From contig JAHIWE010000113.1 in the NCBI GenBank assembly GCA_018816105.1, forward strand, positions 13,340-77,339: a DNA stretch of 64,000 nucleotides, read 5' to 3'. The DNA is from a bacterium (GTDB lineage: Bacteria > Campylobacterota > Campylobacteria > Campylobacterales > Arcobacteraceae). The notes under the pieces were generated by a model. The model was given only the letters and a program-made list of their open reading frames with translations. It was not told the DNA's origin and ran no database searches. A program made the translations under genes and the position numbers. Below are positions 1-7,185 of this stretch, in pieces; position 1 is the first letter of the stretch, and every line of letters starts with the position of its first letter.

Positions 1-645
1 AACCCTGACTTAAAACCAGAAAAAAGTAAAAGTTATGAATATAATATTGACTATTTATTAAGTAAAAATGATTTAATATCTTTTGCTATTTATTATTCAA
101 CTATTGAAGATTTGATTTTAATAGAAGAAAAAATGCCTCAACAAACAAATTTTCTTCCTAATACTACAATTATTGATCCAAGAGGCTCAAGAAATGCTGC
201 TAATTCATATATTTATGGAAGTGATATTTCGTATAGTGGCCACTCGTATTTTTCAGGATATGATTTAAATTATTGGTTTAATTATAGTTTTATAGATGGA
301 AAAATAGATTATGAATATGATTATGATTTACCTTTTTTAGCTCAAAATATTTTCAAAGCAGGAACAACTTTTAAACATAAAAACTTAACAATTTCACCAT
401 CAATAAAATGGATTAGTCCAATTACTGCTTCATATTATAAAGATGGTGAATTAGCAAAAGTTGATAGTTATATAACATCTAACATATATAGTAGTTATGC
501 AATTAATAAAAAACAAAAAATATCATTAAAAATTGATAATTTATTTGATAAACACTATTATAGCGTTAGGTATAATACTTCATCAAAGTATGTAAGCCCA
601 CAAAATACAAGAATGGTATTTTTATCATATACCATTAATTTTTAG
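1..645 (+). CDS. TonB-dependent outer-membrane receptor, C-terminal part (5' truncated by window)
   Basis: Frame is open from position 1 (NPDLKPEKSKSYEY..., a typical TBDR motif), has the 'IDNLFDKHY' TBDR C-terminal motif and ends in Phe (YTINF), as outer-membrane beta-barrels do. The track start at 112 is internal. Confidence 0.85.
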   Translation, partial: NPDLKPEKSKSYEYNIDYLLSKNDLISFAIYYSTIEDLILIEEKMPQQTNFLPNTTIIDPRGSRNAANSYIYGSDISYSGHSYFSGYDLNYWFNYSFIDGKIDYEYDYDLPFLAQNIFKAGTTFKHKNLTISPSIKWISPITASYYKDGELAKVDSYITSNIYSSYAINKKQKISLKIDNLFDKHYYSVRYNTSSKYVSPQNTRMVFLSYTINF

Positions 646-651
646 GAAAAA

Positions 652-2199
652 ATGAAAATATTTACTCATTTAATTATTATATTTTTTATTGTTACAACTC
701 TTTATTCAAATGAAACAAACGAAGATCAAGTAAAAGTTGCATATGTTTATAATTTTTTAAAAAATATATCATGGAAAAATGAAGATAAAATAAAAAAATA
801 TCGTTTACTAGTAGCCTCTGAAAACAAAACTTTAAAAAATATGTTCTTAATGCTTGGTTCAAGAAAGCAATTAAAAAATAAAAATTTAGAAATTTTAATT
901 TATGACGATAAAAAAACCTATGAAAATATTCAAGCTATTTATATTGATGACTCTTACGTAGAGATATATGAAAAACTATTTTTTGAATTTGAAAAAAAGA
1001 ATACCTTGTTTATTAGTAATGAATATAAAGATAAAAAACATGTTATGATTAATTTATTAAAAGATGAAACCCAAATTACTTTTGAAATAAATAAAGCAAA
1101 TATATTAAATCGTTCATTGGAAATTTCAGCAAATCTTATACTTTTAGGTGGAACACAAATTGATGTTGCAAAACTTTACAAAAGTTCGCAAGATGCATTA
1201 AAAATACAAAAAGAAACTATCAACTCTTTAAATCAAAGAATTAAAGATAAAAACTTAGAATTAATATCAAAAATAAATTCAATAGAAGAACAAAAATTAG
1301 TTATCACAGCTCAAACAAAAAATATTAAAAACTATGAAGAAAAATTGAATGCACAAACAAAACTTCTTCAAAAACAAACTATTCAACTAGAAGAAGAGAA
1401 AAGACAATTAAAAGAAATTTATAAAAATATAGAATCTCAAAAAGAGAAACTTTTAAATGCTGTTTTAAATGTAAAAGAAAAAGAAGGAGTTGTTACATCA
1501 CTTGTAAATTTACAAAAAGAGAAACAAGAAGAATTTGAAAAAGCAAAAAAAGATTTAGAGTTTTTAAATTCACAGATTCAAGAACAAAAAAATAACTTAT
1601 TAATTAAAGAAAATATTATTTCTGAACAAAAAAATGCAATGGCTGTTTTAGCAGTACTTTTTATTATTATTTTAATATTAGGGATAAATGGAATAAGACA
1701 AAATAAACTTTTAAAGAAATTATCTCAAATTGACTCGTTAAGTGGTTTATATAATCGTCGATTTATAAATCAAAAACTTGAAGAAGAAATTTTAAAATTT
1801 AAAAGATATAAAACTCTATTTTCTATACTCTTGATTGATGTTGATTATTTTAAAAAAATCAATGATAACTATGGACATGATAAAGGTGATTTTGTAATCA
1901 AAAAAATATCTTCATTAATTCAACAAAATACAAGAAATACAGATATAAATGCAAGATGGGGAGGAGAAGAGTTTTTAATTTTAGCTCCAAATAGTGATTC
2001 AATTGGTGCCTTAAAACTTGCAAACAATTTAAAAGAACTTATCGAAACTTATCAATTTGGTGTAGACTACAAAGTAACTATTAGTATTGGAGTTTCTACT
2101 TTTGATGAAAATTCAAATCTAGAAAAACTACTAAAACTTGCGGATGATGCTCTTTATAAAGCAAAAAAAAATGGTCGAAATAGAGTTGAGATGGCTTAA
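652..2199 (+). CDS. Diguanylate cyclase with N-terminal YfiR-like periplasmic domain, long coiled coil, TM helix and GGDEF domain
   Basis: N-terminal hydrophobic segment; 'EDQVKVAYVYNFLKNISW' resembles the YfiR/DUF4154 signature; Q/K/E-rich heptad region; TM AMAVLAVLFIIILILGI; 'DSLSGLYNRR', 'DVDYFKKINDNYGHDKGD', RNTD I-site, 'RWGGEEF'. Confidence 0.85.
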   Translation: MKIFTHLIIIFFIVTTLYSNETNEDQVKVAYVYNFLKNISWKNEDKIKKYRLLVASENKTLKNMFLMLGSRKQLKNKNLEILIYDDKKTYENIQAIYIDDSYVEIYEKLFFEFEKKNTLFISNEYKDKKHVMINLLKDETQITFEINKANILNRSLEISANLILLGGTQIDVAKLYKSSQDALKIQKETINSLNQRIKDKNLELISKINSIEEQKLVITAQTKNIKNYEEKLNAQTKLLQKQTIQLEEEKRQLKEIYKNIESQKEKLLNAVLNVKEKEGVVTSLVNLQKEKQEEFEKAKKDLEFLNSQIQEQKNNLLIKENIISEQKNAMAVLAVLFIIILILGINGIRQNKLLKKLSQIDSLSGLYNRRFINQKLEEEILKFKRYKTLFSILLIDVDYFKKINDNYGHDKGDFVIKKISSLIQQNTRNTDINARWGGEEFLILAPNSDSIGALKLANNLKELIETYQFGVDYKVTISIGVSTFDENSNLEKLLKLADDALYKAKKNGRNRVEMA

Positions 2200-2265
2200 A
2201 TTTATTTATAGTAAAGATTAGTTAGAATAACACCTTTAAAAATAATGTAACCATAGGATAAATTT

Positions 2266-3507
2266 ATGAATAAAAAAGATATTAAAAAAGTAGTTTTAGC
2301 ATATAGTGGAGGTCTTGACACTTCTATTATTTTAAAATGGCTTCAAGATGAGTACAATGCTGAAGTTATTACTTTCACAGCTGATTTAGGTCAAGGTGAA
2401 GAAGTAGAGCCTGCACGAACAAAAGCTATAGCTTGTGGGATTAAACCTGAAAATGTTTTCATTTTAGATATTAAAGAAGAGTTCGTAAAAGATTATGTTT
2501 TCCCTATGTTTAGAGCAAATGCTATTTACGAAGGTGAATATTTATTAGGAACTTCAATTGCTCGTCCTTTAATTGCTAAAAAATTAATTGATATTGCAAA
2601 TCAAACGGGAGCAGAAGCTGTTTCACATGGTGCAACTGGAAAAGGAAATGACCAAGTTAGATTTGAGTTAGGTGCACTTGCACTTAGACCTGATATCAAA
2701 GTTATTGCTCCTTGGAGAGAATGGGATTTAAATTCAAGAGAAAGCTTACTTGACTATGCTAGAAAACATGGTATTGAAATTGCTCAAAAACATCTTGATA
2801 AAGATGGTAATCCTGCTATTAGTCCTTATTCTATGGATGCAAACTTATTACATATTTCTTATGAAGGTTTACATTTAGAAAACCCAAATAATGAGCCAGA
2901 AGAGTCAATGTGGTTATGGACAACATCTCCAGAAAATGCACCTGATGAAGCTGAATATTTAACATTAACATACAAAAATGGTGATCCAATTGCTATTGAT
3001 GGTATTGAAATGTCACCAGCAACATTACTTACTAAATTAAATGAGTATGGAAATAAACATGGTATTGGTAGAGCTGATATTGTTGAAAACAGATATGTTG
3101 GAATGAAGGCTCGTGGTTGTTATGAAACTCCAGGTGGAACTATCATGTTAAAAGCTCATAGAGCAATTGAATCTATTTGTTTAGATAGAGAAGCTGCTCA
3201 CTTAAAAGATGAGTTAATGCCAAGATATGCTAAGTTAATTTACCAAGGATATTGGTTCTCACCTGAGCGAGAAATGTTACAAGCTGCAATTGATGCAACT
3301 CAAAAACATGTTGAAGGAACTGTTAAAGTTAAACTTTATAAAGGTAATGTAACTGTTGTTGGAAGAGATTCTACTAAATCTTTATATAACGATGCTTACT
3401 CTACTTTTGAAAAAGATGAAGTTTATAATCAAAAAGATGCAGAAGGATTTATTAGACTTAATGCATTAAGATTTATCATCGCTGGTAAAAACCAAAACAG
3501 AAACTAA
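2266..3507 (+). CDS. argG: Argininosuccinate synthase
   Basis: '[11 protein letters not shown]', '[14 protein letters not shown]', '[14 protein letters not shown]', 'YETPGGT' motifs. Confidence 0.98.
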   Translation: MNKKDIKKVVLAYSGGLDTSIILKWLQDEYNAEVITFTADLGQGEEVEPARTKAIACGIKPENVFILDIKEEFVKDYVFPMFRANAIYEGEYLLGTSIARPLIAKKLIDIANQTGAEAVSHGATGKGNDQVRFELGALALRPDIKVIAPWREWDLNSRESLLDYARKHGIEIAQKHLDKDGNPAISPYSMDANLLHISYEGLHLENPNNEPEESMWLWTTSPENAPDEAEYLTLTYKNGDPIAIDGIEMSPATLLTKLNEYGNKHGIGRADIVENRYVGMKARGCYETPGGTIMLKAHRAIESICLDREAAHLKDELMPRYAKLIYQGYWFSPEREMLQAAIDATQKHVEGTVKVKLYKGNVTVVGRDSTKSLYNDAYSTFEKDEVYNQKDAEGFIRLNALRFIIAGKNQNRN

Positions 3508-3510
3508 TAT

Positions 3511-3532
3511 TAAGGTGGATTTTTCCACCTTA
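3511..3532 (+). terminator. Hairpin after argG
   Basis: taaggtgga-tttt-tccacctta, a perfect 9-bp stem just after the argG stop, followed by a T-rich tract. Confidence 0.75.
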
Positions 3533-3575
3533 TATTAAAACTTTTTTCACTTACTTATTTTTTTTCTTTCATTTT

Positions 3576-3613
3576 TAATTGTAACTTAACTGTAATTGTA
3601 ACTTAACTGTAAT
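3576..3613 (+). repeat. Perfect 17-bp tandem duplication (taattgtaacttaactg x2 + taat)
   Basis: Units read directly at 3576-3592 and 3593-3609, plus a partial unit at 3610-3613. Confidence 0.95.
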
Positions 3614-3629
3614 CCTTAATAAATAGAAT
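3579..3629 (+). promoter_or_regulatory. Pho-box-like (OmpR/PhoB-family) direct repeats plus -10 element
   Basis: TTGTAAC-TTAA-CTGTAAT at 3579-3596 and 3596-3613 (11-bp half-site period), then exactly 10 nt, then TAGAAT (3624-3629). The same geometry occurs upstream of phnF. Confidence 0.7.
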
Positions 3630-3654
3630 TGTTCACCTTACTAATGGAACAATC

Positions 3655-4746
3655 ATGTATTTAAACGATTTAGAAAAAATCATTAACATAAACTCATATA
3701 CAAAAAACAAAAAAGGTGTAGATGAAGTTGGTACTATAATGTCTAAATGGATAGAAGAGTTAGGCTTTAAGTTAAAAACTTATAATAAAGAACATATTGG
3801 TAATCATCTCTTATTCTCCTCCTCTAAAAAATCTGGAAAAAAAATCTTACTTTTAGGTCACAATGACACTGTTTTCCCACCAAATAGTTTTGAAGGATTT
3901 TCCCAAGATGAAAAATGGGTTTATGGACCTGGTGTTTGTGATATGAAAGGTGGGAATATTGTTGCACTTCAAGCTCTTAGAAACATTTTCAATCAAAATA
4001 GTGAAATATATAATATAGACTTTTTACTAGTTTCTGATGAAGAAACAGGAAGTGACGACTCAAAAGAGATAACAGCTTTACTTGCACCAAATTATGACTA
4101 CTGTTTTGTATTTGAAGCAGCAGGAATTAATATGGAAGTTGTAACCCAAAGAAAAGGGGTTGGAACTTTTATAATTACAATAGAAGGACTTGCAAGTCAC
4201 GCGGGAAATCATTATGATAAGGGAATTGATGCTAATTTAGAAGCTTCTTATAAACTTCAAGAGTTGGTAAAACTTACAAATCTAAAACTTCAAACAACTG
4301 TTAATGTTGGAAAAATAAATGGGGGAATTGGTGCAAATACAATCTCTCCAAAATGTGAACTACTTTTAGAAATCAGATATACCACTAATGATGAAAAAAT
4401 AAGAGTTCTAACTGCATTAAATAGAATTACAAATACTTCTTACATTACAGGAACTATTTCAACACTTAGTGGCTCAATCCAAAGAGATGTAATGCAAGAA
4501 AATTCAAAACAACTAATACTAATAAAAGAGTTAGAAACTATCACTAACTCTAAAATCTTAAGTGAAAAAAGAGGTGGAGTTAGTGATGCAAATATAGTTG
4601 CAAGTTGTGGAGTAACTACACTTGATGGTTTTGGGCCTTTTGGTGATGGAGATCATACAATAAAAGAGAGAGCCTTAAAAAGTAGTTTTAACTCAAGAAT
4701 AGAGTTAATGACAAAAATCTTAAATCATTTTCAAACAAATTTATAA
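3655..4746 (+). CDS. M20 family metallopeptidase (glutamate carboxypeptidase-like)
   Basis: 'GHNDTVF', 'GPGVCDMKGG', 'DEETGS', 'FEAAG', 'SHAG', 'GGVSDAN', 'DGFGPFGDGDHT'; no signal peptide. Confidence 0.9.
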   Translation: MYLNDLEKIININSYTKNKKGVDEVGTIMSKWIEELGFKLKTYNKEHIGNHLLFSSSKKSGKKILLLGHNDTVFPPNSFEGFSQDEKWVYGPGVCDMKGGNIVALQALRNIFNQNSEIYNIDFLLVSDEETGSDDSKEITALLAPNYDYCFVFEAAGINMEVVTQRKGVGTFIITIEGLASHAGNHYDKGIDANLEASYKLQELVKLTNLKLQTTVNVGKINGGIGANTISPKCELLLEIRYTTNDEKIRVLTALNRITNTSYITGTISTLSGSIQRDVMQENSKQLILIKELETITNSKILSEKRGGVSDANIVASCGVTTLDGFGPFGDGDHTIKERALKSSFNSRIELMTKILNHFQTNL

Positions 4747-4758
4747 AAAGGGGACAAA

Positions 4759-5688
4759 GTGGCAAAAAGAAATATTGGTATGTGGTTATATCAAAATAGT
4801 GGTGGAGAACAAATCCAAAAGAAAATGATTAAGTTGTTAAAAGATAGGGAAATTGATGTTCTTGCAAATGTAAATTTAAAAAATGCTATTGCAAAAAATG
4901 GTCATATTATTTATGAGATGAAAGACAAAAAAGTAAAACTTGATAAATTAGATTTATTCTTCTCTTATAATGCAGGGGAACAAACTCCGTATCAAGTCTA
5001 TTTATATAAAGCCTTAAATAGAATCATTCCAATGATAAACTCTTATGAAGCATTTGAATTAAGTGAAGATAAATTTCATACCTCATTTTATTTACGTAAA
5101 CATGGAATAAGAACAGCTGATTATAAACTTTGTCATAGTGATGACTCTCATAGATTAAATACTATTATGAAACAATGGGAGAAAATGGTTTACAAACCAA
5201 CTGATGGTTGGGGAGGAATGGGAGTTACAAAAATAGACAGTGTTGAAGCTTTAAATATGTTAATTCCTTTTTTAAGTCAAATAAATCTTAAATATTTTTA
5301 TGTGGAAAAATATGTAGATTATGATAACACAGATTATAGAGTAGACATTGTTGATGGACAATATGTTGCTTGTTATGGAAGAAAAGCAGCAACAGGACAT
5401 TGGAAAACAAATGTTACAAGTGGTGGAAGTGTATTTTTAAGAGAAGCAAATGATGAGATAGTTAATCTTGCAATTAAAGCTAGTAAAACTTTAGGATTAG
5501 ATATTGCTGGTGTTGATATTATTTTTGATAGAAAAAAAGAAGAATATATAGTTTTAGAAGTAAATGGAATTCCTGCTTTTGCAACTCCAGATCAAGAAAA
5601 AATGGGCTTAAATTTTAACGATAAGAAAATAGATTTAATCGTTGATTTAATAGATAGAAAAACTATTAAAAAGGAAAATGAAAAATGA
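4759..5688 (+). CDS. RimK/LysX-like ATP-grasp amide ligase
   Basis: GTG start with GGGGA SD; 'EDKFHTSFYL', 'VYKPTDGWGGMGV', 'DYRVDIVDG', 'WKTNVTSGG', 'GVDII', 'LEVNGIPAF'. Confidence 0.88.
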   Translation: MAKRNIGMWLYQNSGGEQIQKKMIKLLKDREIDVLANVNLKNAIAKNGHIIYEMKDKKVKLDKLDLFFSYNAGEQTPYQVYLYKALNRIIPMINSYEAFELSEDKFHTSFYLRKHGIRTADYKLCHSDDSHRLNTIMKQWEKMVYKPTDGWGGMGVTKIDSVEALNMLIPFLSQINLKYFYVEKYVDYDNTDYRVDIVDGQYVACYGRKAATGHWKTNVTSGGSVFLREANDEIVNLAIKASKTLGLDIAGVDIIFDRKKEEYIVLEVNGIPAFATPDQEKMGLNFNDKKIDLIVDLIDRKTIKKENEK

Positions 5689-7181
5689 AAAAATTACCAA
5701 AAATAGGATTCTTATATTTAGATTTTGTATTACAATTCTTTAATAAATCAAACTTCAAAGCTTGGCCTGACAAAATAGAGTCTGTTACATATCATTGGAA
5801 AAATGATAAAGATAGATTCATAAAAGAGGTAAAAAGAAAAAAAATTGAAATTCTAGTTGGAAATATTCCAGCAACTGCCTATGAAACCTTTGTTGAAATA
5901 TCAAAAGAGTTGCCAAATGTAAGATTTGTTCCATCTATTGAAACACAATTTTCAAATAAATCAAAGGAAAATGTAACGCTTTTTTGTAAAAAATTTGATT
6001 TAGCAATTCCAAAAACAAAAATTTTTTATGATAAAGAAAAAGGTTATAAATATTTAAAAGAAAAAGCCTCTTATCCTCAAATCATCAAAAGATCTTATGG
6101 ACCATCAAATTATGGTGGATATTTTGTACATAAAGCTAATAATTTCAAAGAAGCAAAAAAACTTCTTGATGAGAAAAAATATAATCCAATTTATACTCAA
6201 AATGCTATTGATTTAAAAGATTCTGGGGATATTAGAGTAATGTTAATTGGTCATAAACCAATTTGTGCATTTTGGAGATATTCAGGTAAAAACCAATGGA
6301 TTACAAACACTTCACAAGGAGGTTCAATGTCATATGAAAATGTTCCTATGAATGCGTTAGAACTTGCCGTTAAAGCCTCAAAAGCTGCAAAAGCTGAATA
6401 TTGGGCTTGTGATATTGCAATTTGTGCAAAAACTGGAAAAGCTTATATTTTAGAGTGTGCGACTGCCTTTGCTGCATTTCCATATATACGAGATTGGATT
6501 TGTCAATATTTAATGTGGGATTTTTCAAAAGGAAGATTTAGCAAACCTCATATTCCCCTATTCTCTTGGGAAGAGTTAGGAAAAATTGATTCAAATTTAT
6601 TAAGAACTTTAAGACATATTGGCTTTAGTAAATACACAGCTAGTTATGATGGAGAATATTTTATCAATGATAAAAAAGATACCTATGAAATGGAACTAGC
6701 ACTTTTATCAGATGAATCTGATGTTCCTCAAAAACCAGAAGATTGTATCCAATTAGAGGCTAACAAAAATTATACAAAAGAGAAAATATTTGAAATAAAC
6801 AAGATAAATTTAAATACTGCAACACTAACTGATTTAATGTCACTTTATGCAATGGAAGAGGATTTAGCTTTACAAATACAAGAGTATCTTCAAGACAATA
6901 TCATTACAGATAGTTCTGATTTATTAGAACTTGAAGCAATAGATGAACAAATGCTTAAATCTTGGGATAGAAATATTGATGATATGAGAGTAGATATAAA
7001 TAGAATTGATAAAGATAATTTGAGAAAAATAAAAGGTATTGGTAAAAAATTAGCAAAAATAATCTCTGAACACAGAGATGCCAATGGATATTTTAAAAAT
7101 CTAGATGAATTAAAAGATATTGAAGGAATTGGCAAAAATAAATTTGCCCAATTAAAATCCCGATTAAAAATAGGAGAATAA
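5685..7181 (+). CDS. ATP-grasp domain protein fused to two C-terminal ComEA-type helix-hairpin-helix repeats
   Basis: ATGA overlap with the upstream gene; 'IIKRSYGPSNYGG', 'DIRVMLIG', 'WITNTSQGG', 'ACDIA', 'ILECA'; C-terminal 'INLNTAT...' and 'VDINRIDKDNLRKIKGIGKKLAKII...LKDIEGIGKNKF'. Confidence 0.85.
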   Translation: MKKLPKIGFLYLDFVLQFFNKSNFKAWPDKIESVTYHWKNDKDRFIKEVKRKKIEILVGNIPATAYETFVEISKELPNVRFVPSIETQFSNKSKENVTLFCKKFDLAIPKTKIFYDKEKGYKYLKEKASYPQIIKRSYGPSNYGGYFVHKANNFKEAKKLLDEKKYNPIYTQNAIDLKDSGDIRVMLIGHKPICAFWRYSGKNQWITNTSQGGSMSYENVPMNALELAVKASKAAKAEYWACDIAICAKTGKAYILECATAFAAFPYIRDWICQYLMWDFSKGRFSKPHIPLFSWEELGKIDSNLLRTLRHIGFSKYTASYDGEYFINDKKDTYEMELALLSDESDVPQKPEDCIQLEANKNYTKEKIFEINKINLNTATLTDLMSLYAMEEDLALQIQEYLQDNIITDSSDLLELEAIDEQMLKSWDRNIDDMRVDINRIDKDNLRKIKGIGKKLAKIISEHRDANGYFKNLDELKDIEGIGKNKFAQLKSRLKIGE

Positions 7182-7185
7182 GTTC

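Noticed and set aside
3576-3613. CRISPR-like repeat
   Set aside because: Only two adjacent 17-bp copies, with no spacers and no cas genes.
4759-5688. Calling this gene rimK
   Set aside because: It is RimK-family by motifs, but the N-terminus (IGMWLYQN) and the operon context differ from true rimK; no symbol assigned.
2266-7181. Cyanophycin synthesis (argG next to ATP-grasp genes)
   Set aside because: No Mur-ligase-like domain as in CphA1 and no cyanophycinase; argG has its own terminator, so the adjacency may be incidental.
6804-7181. Competence gene comEA
   Set aside because: The HhH repeats are in frame with a cytoplasmic ATP-grasp domain, with no signal peptide or separate start.
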